Shown here: positions 9,565 to 18,219 of the stretch, one piece after another
Layout of the letters: every line of letters starts with the position of its first letter
How positions within the stretch are numbered: the first letter of the stretch is position 1
Assembly (NCBI GenBank): GCA_017617005.1
Contig: JAFZWW010000111.1
Coordinates: 3,392 to 67,391, forward strand
Origin: Lachnospiraceae bacterium
Lineage (GTDB): Bacteria > Bacillota > Clostridia > Lachnospirales > Lachnospiraceae
Length of the DNA stretch: 64,000 nucleotides
Direction: 5' to 3'
Translations under genes and position numbers: made by a program
Notes under the pieces: generated by a model
The model's input: the letters and a program-made list of their open reading frames with translations, nothing else
The model's database searches: none
Told to the model about the DNA's origin: nothing

Positions 9565-10674
9565 TTAATCATCCGATTCTTCTTTCCTGTTTTTATTTCT
9601 TTTCTTTCTTTCGGGGACCTTCTCCCTGAGTGTAACGACATTTGCAGCCTGCTTCCTGCTGTCATCGAACTGTGAAGCATAATGCTTCCTGGTAGTGTTT
9701 ACATCCTTGTGCCCCAGAACATCCGCAACCAGATATATATCGCCTGTCTCTCTGTAGAGGGCGGTTCCGTAAGTACTCCTCAGTTTATGGGGAGTAATTT
9801 TTTTGAGTGAAGTAACTCTGGATGAGTATTTCTTTACAAGCTTTTCAACGGCCCTGACGCTTATCCTCTTGTTCTGAAGGGATAAAAAGAGTGCATTTTC
9901 CGAGCCTTTTTCGGGATTTATCTTTTCCCTTTCATCAAGATAATCGATAAGGGCATCCTGGACTTCATCACCGAAATATACGACCGATTCGTTACCGCCT
10001 TTACGGGTGACCTTGACTCCGCCGTTCTTAAAATCAATATCCCTTATATCGATACCGACACATTCGGAAACTCTTATACCGGTTCCGAGCAGGAGAGTAA
10101 GGATTGCGACATCCCTGGTCTTGGTCCTGTTATGATATTCCAGTTCCTTATCCGTAAGGCCTTCTCCCGACTCGACCATATCAAGGAGCTTTGCAACTTC
10201 ATCGGCATCAAGCCTTATGATGTTCTTCTCATGGATTTTGGGAGGAACAACAAGCTCAGCGGTATTGCGTGATACCTTCTCGGTCTCGAAATAGTATTTA
10301 TACATGGAACGCAGGGCCGAGAGCTTACGTGCTTTTCCACGTTCGCCGTTTATGACGGTCCGTCCGTCTTTTTCGTAAAGGGATACGGTCTCGAGATATT
10401 CCTCAATATCGCTTCTCTGGATGCTCTCAAGTATGGAGATGCTGAATTCACGAAGTTCTTTGTTCTTAAGAGATGGATTGTTCTCCTTAAGGAATTCGAA
10501 GAACATCCTTATGTCATAGGCATAGGCAAGGCGTGTTCTGGCTGATGTATTCGATTCTATGGCTCTGAAAAAGTCTTTGATCCAGGGGGGGAGCTCATCG
10601 AGAACAAGCCGCATTTTGCGGATATTGTCCCTGATCTGGGCGTCATGATAATTTTCGTCGGTAAGAACTGCCAT
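9565..10674 (-). CDS. xerC: Tyrosine recombinase, XerC-like
   Basis: Catalytic set R (TGIRVSE), K (RKGG), HKLR, LGH and Y (TTRKHY); no phage or ICE genes nearby. Confidence 0.85.
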   Translation of the reverse strand: MAVLTDENYHDAQIRDNIRKMRLVLDELPPWIKDFFRAIESNTSARTRLAYAYDIRMFFEFLKENNPSLKNKELREFSISILESIQRSDIEEYLETVSLYEKDGRTVINGERGKARKLSALRSMYKYYFETEKVSRNTAELVVPPKIHEKNIIRLDADEVAKLLDMVESGEGLTDKELEYHNRTKTRDVAILTLLLGTGIRVSECVGIDIRDIDFKNGGVKVTRKGGNESVVYFGDEVQDALIDYLDEREKINPEKGSENALFLSLQNKRISVRAVEKLVKKYSSRVTSLKKITPHKLRSTYGTALYRETGDIYLVADVLGHKDVNTTRKHYASQFDDSRKQAANVVTLREKVPERKKRNKNRKEESDD

Positions 10675-10836
10675 TTTATCCTCAGAGAGTTAAATATGAT
10701 TTACGAAAAACGAATCGTCCGTACCTGTATATATTATCATAAAACCTTGATAAATTGCGTAAAACAAGGGCTTATATTGATGAATTTTTGCATATTTGAT
10801 GATATAATAATTTAGTTTGCAGGAGAGGGTGATCCC

Positions 10837-12243
10837 ATGGATGATAACAAAGAAAAAGACATATTTACTACAAATGCCGAAGGCCGTATCAGAAACCAGA
10901 AGAAGAATCCCCGTTTGAACAATACATATTATAAATGGGGGCTTACTATCTTTCTGACCTTCCTTGCGTGCATGCTCTGTTTTTATGTTGTATTTAAAAA
11001 CGCTGAGCTTCGTGCCGGCATCCACAGGATCAATAAGATTCTTTCACCCGTTTATGTCGGATTTATCATCGCATATCTGTTCAGTCCGCTTCTGAACATG
11101 CTTGAAAACAAAGTGATGTATCCGATCTTTAAGAAGATCAGGTTCATCAAGGAAGAGAATAAGATGCCTCTTGCAAGAGGCACTTCAATCATTATCATAA
11201 TCATTTTCTCTATCATACTTGTTTATGCGATCGTGCAGATAATGCTCAAGCAGGTAATCCCTTCGCTTATAAGCATTGTTTCCAATATCAATATCTATCT
11301 TGATAACATAACCAAATGGGCTAATAAGCTCTTACAGGACAATCCGGATCTTAATTCCTTTGTCATGAAGGATCTGAACAGATTCTCGGATGATATTGAA
11401 CTCTGGGTAAATGAAAAATTCAAGTCGGTTACCGCAAATGTCGTTACATCACTTTCACAGGGATTCCTTTCTTTCCTTTTAAAGCTGTGGAATTTCATAA
11501 TCGGATTCATCATCTCAATATATGTTCTCTGGAGCAAGGAAAGACATGTGGCAAGAAGCAAGAAGATCGTCTATGCAGTATTCTCAAGAGAGATCGCAAA
11601 TGCGATCGTTGAAGCATTCAGATTCACCCACAGGACATTCATAGGATTCTTCTTCGGTAAGATAGTAGATTCGATCATAATCGGTCTCATCTGTTTCATA
11701 GGATGTACTTTGATGCAGATCCCGTATGCGATCCTTATAAGTATTATTGTGGGTGTAACGAATATCATTCCTTTCTTCGGACCGTATTTCGGAGCGATTC
11801 CTTCGACTATCCTGATATTTGCATTCGATCCGCTCCATCCCGGAAAGGCACTTGCATTCGTTGTATTTGTCATCATCCTGCAGCAATTCGACGGTAACTG
11901 GCTCGGTCCCAGAATACTTTCGACATCAACCGGATTATCGGGATTCTGGATCATATTCTCGATCACTCTTTTCGGCGGTCTGTTCGGTGTGTTCGGAATG
12001 GTCATAGGTGTGCCTGTGTTTGCCGTACTTTATGCGGGCTTCAGGCAGTTTAACAGAAACCGTCTCAAGAAGAAGGGATTCCCTTATAAGACTAATGAAT
12101 ATCTGACTGTAGGTACTATCAATGAGGACGGAAGCGTTAATCCGATTCCGCCAATAGAAAAGCGTCCCCAGAAAGAAGGTTTTATATCTTCGCTTATCGC
12201 AAGATCCGGAAAAAAGAAAGAAAAGAAGTCAGAAGATAAATGA
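10837..12243 (+). CDS. AI-2E family transporter
   Basis: Multi-TM; TNIIPFFGPYFGAIP, QQFDGNWLGPRI, GGLFGVFGMVIGVP. Confidence 0.9.
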   Translation: MDDNKEKDIFTTNAEGRIRNQKKNPRLNNTYYKWGLTIFLTFLACMLCFYVVFKNAELRAGIHRINKILSPVYVGFIIAYLFSPLLNMLENKVMYPIFKKIRFIKEENKMPLARGTSIIIIIIFSIILVYAIVQIMLKQVIPSLISIVSNINIYLDNITKWANKLLQDNPDLNSFVMKDLNRFSDDIELWVNEKFKSVTANVVTSLSQGFLSFLLKLWNFIIGFIISIYVLWSKERHVARSKKIVYAVFSREIANAIVEAFRFTHRTFIGFFFGKIVDSIIIGLICFIGCTLMQIPYAILISIIVGVTNIIPFFGPYFGAIPSTILIFAFDPLHPGKALAFVVFVIILQQFDGNWLGPRILSTSTGLSGFWIIFSITLFGGLFGVFGMVIGVPVFAVLYAGFRQFNRNRLKKKGFPYKTNEYLTVGTINEDGSVNPIPPIEKRPQKEGFISSLIARSGKKKEKKSEDK

Positions 12244-13817
12244 AATTTGTAATTCAGAGAGTTTTAAATTCTCAGACTACAATAATCGAATCCGATCAGA
12301 GCGGCGAAAAGAAGGAATATGTTTCCGGAAAGATCGGTCACGGATATATGGTTCTCTGCGGCATCATGGATTCTGATACCATGGAGATAGCCGATAAGAT
12401 GGTATCCAAGCTTATCGGTCTTCGTATATTCGAGGATGAAAACGGTAAGACCAACCTTGATCTTAAGACTGTGGGCGGCGAACTGATGATAGTTTCGCAG
12501 TTCACACTCTGTGCAGATACGAGCCACGGAAACAGACCTGCTTTTATCAGAGCCGCACGTCCCGAAATAGCAATCCCCATTTACGAACACATAATAGAAG
12601 AGTGCCGTAACGCCGGTTTTAATGTTCAGACCGGTGTGTTCGGTGCGGATATGAAAGTCGATCTTACGAATGACGGCCCGTTTACGATCATTCTCGATTC
12701 GGACGAACTGATAAAACCGGATAAAAAAGTTCCGGACTCCGAAACAATTGAAAGATCAGTAAAGCTCGAACGGAAAAAAGACAGATATATTTATGCCGAT
12801 CTTACTACCGAAACAGCATCAGATGTATTAAGTACATGTGTAAAACTGCGCGGAGCGGAAGATTTTGAAAATACCGTTAATGAAGTCATGGCGGATATCA
12901 GGGAGATCTGTGACGCAAGACATGTATGTCTTCTATTGGTGGACCAGACAAACCGTAAGTGCTCGATGGTAGCTCAGGCTTATGCTGACCATGCTAAGAG
13001 AGTATCTATGAATCACTGGGAAGACGATGAGCATTATGCTCTTGTCGAGACCTGGTCCGATATCATTGCCGAAAAGAACTGTCTGATCGTTCAATGTGAA
13101 GATGATATGAAACCCATCCTGGAAAAGAATCCCGGATGGTATGAATCTCTTCACAAAGCTCAGGTTGACAGCATTGTGCTTTTCCCGCTCAAAGCCGGAA
13201 AGGAACTAATCGGTTATATCTGGGCAACAAACTTTGATATAAAGAACACAAAAAGGATCAGTGAAACTCTTGATCTGACTACATTTTTCCTTGCCTCTGA
13301 GATCAAAAGCTATAAGGTTATGAAGCATTTACACAGGATGAGTACCATTGATGAACTCACAGGATGCCTTAACCGAAACGCGATGAATCTAAAGATCGAT
13401 TCGATACTTGCAGATACCGATAAAGAAAAGCATACCCTCGGAGTTGTGTTCGCAGATCTGAACGGACTTAAAAGGGTTAATGACAGTCAGGGACACGAAG
13501 CCGGAGACCTTCTTCTCAAAACCGCATCCATCGCCCTTATGAATTCCTTTACCGGAAATGAAATATACAGGGCGGGAGGAGATGAGTTCCTCGTTCTTAT
13601 GGATGAAGTCAAAGAAGAAGATATCATCTACAGGATCTCACAGCTTCGTTCCACATCATCGATGTACGGCACTGTGAATTTTGCGGTCGGATATTATTTC
13701 TGTGATGACAGAAAAGATATACGAAAGGCTCTGCGTGAAGCGGATGAATCGATGTACGCCGACAAGAAGCAGTTCTATATGAATCATCCGGAGCTTGATC
13801 AGCGGAAGAAGTATTGA
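12240..13817 (+). CDS. dtd: Fusion protein: D-aminoacyl-tRNA deacylase (Dtd) + GAF-like domain + GGDEF diguanylate cyclase
   Basis: aa ~1-157 Dtd (QRV, LRIFED, SQFTL, GNRP.F, GVFGADM, NDGPFT); aa ~190-355 GAF-like (SIVLFPLKAGKELIGYIW); aa ~365-510 GGDEF (DELTGCLNR, DLNGLKRVND..GH..GD, RAGGDEF, ADESMY..K). Confidence 0.88.
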   Translation: MKFVIQRVLNSQTTIIESDQSGEKKEYVSGKIGHGYMVLCGIMDSDTMEIADKMVSKLIGLRIFEDENGKTNLDLKTVGGELMIVSQFTLCADTSHGNRPAFIRAARPEIAIPIYEHIIEECRNAGFNVQTGVFGADMKVDLTNDGPFTIILDSDELIKPDKKVPDSETIERSVKLERKKDRYIYADLTTETASDVLSTCVKLRGAEDFENTVNEVMADIREICDARHVCLLLVDQTNRKCSMVAQAYADHAKRVSMNHWEDDEHYALVETWSDIIAEKNCLIVQCEDDMKPILEKNPGWYESLHKAQVDSIVLFPLKAGKELIGYIWATNFDIKNTKRISETLDLTTFFLASEIKSYKVMKHLHRMSTIDELTGCLNRNAMNLKIDSILADTDKEKHTLGVVFADLNGLKRVNDSQGHEAGDLLLKTASIALMNSFTGNEIYRAGGDEFLVLMDEVKEEDIIYRISQLRSTSSMYGTVNFAVGYYFCDDRKDIRKALREADESMYADKKQFYMNHPELDQRKKY

Positions 13818-13887
13818 TCATTTACGTAGTGTAATTTGATATAAAGCAGATTATATAGTAATATACATGTGTTAATTATTTAACAAG

Positions 13888-14436
13888 ATGAAGGCAAAAG
13901 AGTACGACAATATAGTTCTGATAGGTATGCCCGGTGTCGGAAAATCCACTGCCGGCGTTATCGCAGCCAAGCAGCTCGGAATGAGGTTCGAGGATGCGGA
14001 TATTCTGATACAGCACAGAGAGAAAAAGCTGCTGAGTCAGATAATCGATGAAAAAGGCATAGACGGGTTTCTGGACATCGAAAATGACGTCCTGAAGGGT
14101 ATAAATGATAAGGGGCTGCTCATAGCCACGGGCGGCAGCGCCGTTTACAGCTCCGAGGCTATGGATTATCTGCACAGAAACAGCCTTATAATATACCTGC
14201 ATCTGAATCTGAGTGACTTATCGATGCGTTTATCCGATCTGAAGCATCGCGGCGTTGTTTTACGCGACGGACAAACTCTTAATGATATTTACAACGAAAG
14301 AGTTCCGCTTTACAGAAAGTATGCAGATGTCGAAATTGATGAGACCGGTCTGGATATTGAAGAAACAGTGGCACTGATATGCGAAAGGGCATCCATATAC
14401 AACTATTCGCAAAATACGGATTTAACGAATAGTTAG
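13888..14436 (+). CDS. aroK: Shikimate kinase
   Basis: LIGMPGVGKST P-loop, IATGGS, ERVPLY. Confidence 0.92.
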   Translation: MKAKEYDNIVLIGMPGVGKSTAGVIAAKQLGMRFEDADILIQHREKKLLSQIIDEKGIDGFLDIENDVLKGINDKGLLIATGGSAVYSSEAMDYLHRNSLIIYLHLNLSDLSMRLSDLKHRGVVLRDGQTLNDIYNERVPLYRKYADVEIDETGLDIEETVALICERASIYNYSQNTDLTNS

Positions 14437-14550
14437 TACGCTAAAATGCGGCTTATGAGGCTTTATACATATATTTGATAATTCTGATGATAACTGCCCC
14501 GTATATGTTACGGCGCGGAGGAATTAATAAATTTACAGAGGTATTTAGAA

Positions 14551-15720
14551 ATGAAGTTCGCAGACAGACTTGATAAATTCGGTGCAGAGATTTTTGCGGC
14601 ACTGAATGAAAAAAAGATCGCATGTGAAGCCAAGGGTCAAAAGATCTATAACTTCTCGGTAGGCACTCCGGATTTTCCCGTTCCCGAACATATTAAGAAC
14701 GCACTCATTGAAGCTGCACAGGATCCTGTCAACTGGAAATATTCGCTCAGGGATATGCCTGAGATGCTTGAGGCTGTATGTGCATATTTTAAGAAGCGTT
14801 ACGGTGTGGACGGAATCACTCCCGATATGGTCATGAGCTGTTACGGTACTCAGGAAGGATGCGGACATCTCTGCCTGGCTCTTCTTAACAAAGGTGACAC
14901 CGTGCTTCTTCCGGATCCCTGTTATCCCGTATTCCAGGCCGGAGCATTCCTTGCCGAGGCAGATCCTTACTACTACCCTCTTATTGCTGATAATAACTTC
15001 CTTCCGGACGTAAAATCGATTCCTGAGGAAGTTGCAAAGAAAGCTAAAGTTATGATCGTATCACTTCCCGCTAATCCCGTGGGAAGCGTTGCAAAAGAAG
15101 GAATCTACGATGAGATAATCGCATGGGCCAAGGCGAATGATGTGATCATCGTTCACGATAACGCATACAGCGACATCATTTACGACGGAAATATCGGGCA
15201 GAGCTTCCTGAAATATGAAGGTGCTGTTGATGTGGGTGTCGAATTCTTTTCACTTTCCAAGTCATTTGATGTCACAGGTGCAAGAATCAGCTTTCTTGTA
15301 GGAAGAAAAGATATCGTAGCCGCCGTTAAAAAACTCAGGAGTCAGATTGATTTCGGCATGTTCATACCTATCCAGAAAGCTGCGATCGCGGCTCTTACAG
15401 GTCCGGATGACTCTGTAAAATCACAGAACAGAGAATACCAGGCCAGACGCGACGCACTTTGCGGTGGCGCAAGGAACATAGGCTGGAACATTCCCGATGC
15501 CAAGGGATCGATGTTCGTATGGGCACCGGTTCCCGAAGGACATGGAACTTCAATGGAATTCTGTATGGAGCTTCTTGAAAAGACCGGCGTTCTCTGTACT
15601 CCGGGATCATCCTTCGGTCCTTCGGGTGAAGGTTATGTCAGGATGGCGCTTGTCGCAACGGTTCCTGTCATTGAAGAAGCACTTAATGCAATAAAGATAA
15701 GCGGAATTATAAACGGGTAA
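14551..15720 (+). CDS. PLP-dependent aminotransferase class I/II
   Basis: GTPD, PANPVG, HDNAY, EFFSLSKSF (PLP Lys), PGSSFG.GEGYVR. Confidence 0.9.
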   Translation: MKFADRLDKFGAEIFAALNEKKIACEAKGQKIYNFSVGTPDFPVPEHIKNALIEAAQDPVNWKYSLRDMPEMLEAVCAYFKKRYGVDGITPDMVMSCYGTQEGCGHLCLALLNKGDTVLLPDPCYPVFQAGAFLAEADPYYYPLIADNNFLPDVKSIPEEVAKKAKVMIVSLPANPVGSVAKEGIYDEIIAWAKANDVIIVHDNAYSDIIYDGNIGQSFLKYEGAVDVGVEFFSLSKSFDVTGARISFLVGRKDIVAAVKKLRSQIDFGMFIPIQKAAIAALTGPDDSVKSQNREYQARRDALCGGARNIGWNIPDAKGSMFVWAPVPEGHGTSMEFCMELLEKTGVLCTPGSSFGPSGEGYVRMALVATVPVIEEALNAIKISGIING

Positions 15721-15728
15721 TAACGTAA

Positions 15729-17345
15729 ATGGACTCAAAGAGAAATAAGATACTTAACAACAAATTTTATCTGTACCTTACCGAATTTTTCGCGGGAATG
15801 TCGGTAATGGCCGTTGAGCTCGGAGCAAGCAGATTACTTGCTCCGTATTTCAGTTCATCACAGATCGTATGGACCATAATCATAGGAACCATAATGATCG
15901 CCATGGCACTCGGCAACATATACGGAGGACGTAAAGCCGATAAGGATCCGAATCCCGATAAGCTTTACAGAAGGATCCTTGTTGCAGCCGTCTGGATCGC
16001 ATTGATCCCGGTTGTCGGAAAATATATCATCATCGGAATCTCAGCAGTTCTTATCTTTTCGATCAATACAAATTTCCTTGTCATCGCTGCATTCGTAGCC
16101 TGCATGGTCATATTTGTATTTCCTTTGTTCCTTCTCGGAACCGTAACCCCTTCACTTGTTAAATACACCGTTGACAGTCTTGATGACAGCGGAAAAGTCG
16201 TCGGTATGCTGAATGCGGCTAATACCATCGGCAGCATAATCGGTACTTTCGTTCCGACATTCATAAGCATTCCCGCAGTCGGAACCTCCGCTACGTTTCT
16301 GATCTTTGCGGCAATTCTTCTGTGTCTTTGCATAGTTTATTTCATCTCAGGACGAATCAAAAGCATCGGAGCCGTTGCTGCAGTAATAATCTTTATTCTT
16401 TGCTGCATATTCGGTCGCAAGAGCAATTTTGCATTCTGGGTAAATGATCTCGTTGTTGAAGACGAATCTATCTACAATTACATTCAGGTTTCCGAGAACG
16501 ATGAATCGATAATCCTTTCCACAAATGTGCTTTTCGGTGTCCAGTCCATTTACAAAAAAGGCGGCGAGCTTTCCGGTATGTGCTATGACTATTACATGGC
16601 AGGACCTTATATGGCCGGCTTACACGAAAAAGAAAAACCTCTCGATATTCTTGTCCTCGGAATGGGAAGCGGAACCTTTGCGACGCAGTGTGACAGATAT
16701 TTTGATGAAGTTAACATTGAAGGTGTAGAGATCGATCAGAAGATCGCAGATCTTTCGTATAAATATTTTGAACTGCCCGAAGATATAAAGATCACTACCT
16801 ATGACGGACGGGCTTTTCTTCAGGAGATCCCTTCCGACAAGCTCTATGATGTGATCGTTGTAGATGCTTATCAGGATATAACGATTCCTTTTCAGATGGC
16901 AACTGTCGAATTCTTTACACTCGTTAAAGATCATCTTTATGATGACGGCGTTATGGTCGTTAATATGAATATGAGGGATGATACCGAAGGAAATATCAAC
17001 GAATACCTTTCCGATACCATTTCATCCGTCTTTCCGCATGTTTATACCGCTGATGTTTACGGATGCACAAACAGGGAACTTTTTGCAGGAAAATCAGATA
17101 TCATTAAAACGTTCCATAACAATACCGATCTTGAGGAAAATGATGTACTTGTATCTGCCATGGAATTGGTTGACAGATCACTGGTCGAATATGAAGCCGG
17201 AAACAATATCATGACCGATGATAAAGCTCCAGTTGAACTTCTGAGTATGAAAGCCATTGATGGGCTGATAAGCAACGAGACATCATATTATAAGGATCTG
17301 TATGACAGGGAAGGAATTGAAGGATTGTTGAACGAACTGTCATAA
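15729..17345 (+). CDS. Fused MFS-like membrane domain / spermidine synthase-like SAM-dependent transferase
   Basis: N-terminal 7-TM region (VELGASRLLAPYF); C-terminal LVLGMGSGT, VEID, DGRAFL, DVIVVDAY, TDDKAPVE. Confidence 0.85.
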   Translation: MDSKRNKILNNKFYLYLTEFFAGMSVMAVELGASRLLAPYFSSSQIVWTIIIGTIMIAMALGNIYGGRKADKDPNPDKLYRRILVAAVWIALIPVVGKYIIIGISAVLIFSINTNFLVIAAFVACMVIFVFPLFLLGTVTPSLVKYTVDSLDDSGKVVGMLNAANTIGSIIGTFVPTFISIPAVGTSATFLIFAAILLCLCIVYFISGRIKSIGAVAAVIIFILCCIFGRKSNFAFWVNDLVVEDESIYNYIQVSENDESIILSTNVLFGVQSIYKKGGELSGMCYDYYMAGPYMAGLHEKEKPLDILVLGMGSGTFATQCDRYFDEVNIEGVEIDQKIADLSYKYFELPEDIKITTYDGRAFLQEIPSDKLYDVIVVDAYQDITIPFQMATVEFFTLVKDHLYDDGVMVVNMNMRDDTEGNINEYLSDTISSVFPHVYTADVYGCTNRELFAGKSDIIKTFHNNTDLEENDVLVSAMELVDRSLVEYEAGNNIMTDDKAPVELLSMKAIDGLISNETSYYKDLYDREGIEGLLNELS

Positions 17346-17369
17346 CATAAAACATATATATAAGAAACT

Positions 17370-17402
17370 AAAAACACAGGCTAATACACAGCCTGTGTTT
17401 TT
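17370..17402. terminator. Bidirectional terminator
   Basis: AAAAACACAGGCT-AATACAC-AGCCTGTGTTTTT between convergent genes. Confidence 0.8.
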
Positions 17403-18219
17403 AAATATCAATGATAACAACTTCGGGATGGTTAAAGTATCTGGGAAGCGGTGTGCTTTCTCTGGCAAGACCTCTGCTGACGATCATTATCGATCCGTTT
17501 GAAAGTTCATATTTACCGCTGACATATGTAGCCATATATCCCTGGTCGGGAACATATACACCTCTGTTGATAAAAGGAATCCTGAACTGTCCGGCATGAG
17601 CATGACCCGTAAGTATCAGGTCATAATCATATTTTATATATGTTTTGATCTTCTCGGGTCGATGACTTACTAGTATCCTTATATGTGAAGGATCCGTCTC
17701 TGAATAAGCTCTGTCCAGCATATCGTTCCAATCGTAATAATCTATATATGTGGGATCATCAACACCGCATATATCGAACATTACACCGCCCTCTTCTATC
17801 TGCTCGCACTCTCCTTCCAGAACATGTACACCTATGGTCCTGAGATAATCTTTAATGGAGTCTGCTCTTCCGCTCCAATATTCATGATTTCCGGTCACAT
17901 AATAACAGGGATATTTTTCGACAAGTGCTTCACAAAGAATCTTTGCATTATCATCACTCAGATTATCATCGAAGATATCTCCGGCAAAAATAATAATGTC
18001 CGGTTCTTCCCTGTCTATACGGTTTATAAGACTTTTTTGACCGCTTCCGTAATAACATGAATGCAGATCTGTTATAAGTGCGATCCTAAGGCCTGCGGGA
18101 CCGCTTCCGGTCAGATCTAAAGTGATCCTTTCGGTCACAGGAACCCACGACCATATCGAAAGTAACAATATGATCAGAAGGACAAAGGATGTTTTCTTTA
18201 TTTTTCTTTTGGATCTCAT
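17401..18219 (-). CDS. Membrane-anchored metallophosphoesterase (calcineurin-like)
   Basis: DLH, GDIFD, GNHE, SHRP, GHAH; N-terminal TM. Confidence 0.9.
   Translation of the reverse strand: MRSKRKIKKTSFVLLIILLLSIWSWVPVTERITLDLTGSGPAGLRIALITDLHSCYYGSGQKSLINRIDREEPDIIIFAGDIFDDNLSDDNAKILCEALVEKYPCYYVTGNHEYWSGRADSIKDYLRTIGVHVLEGECEQIEEGGVMFDICGVDDPTYIDYYDWNDMLDRAYSETDPSHIRILVSHRPEKIKTYIKYDYDLILTGHAHAGQFRIPFINRGVYVPDQGYMATYVSGKYELSNGSIMIVSRGLARESTPLPRYFNHPEVVIIDI

Noticed and set aside
9565-10674. Tyrosine recombinase as the integrase of a prophage or ICE
   Set aside because: No att repeats, tRNA, excisionase, phage or conjugation genes nearby; the context next to lexA/yneA fits a chromosomal Xer.
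14437-14550. Riboswitch or T-box upstream of the aminotransferase
   Set aside because: The region is only ~110 nt, with a small hairpin and no recognisable SAM, lysine or T-box motifs or terminator.
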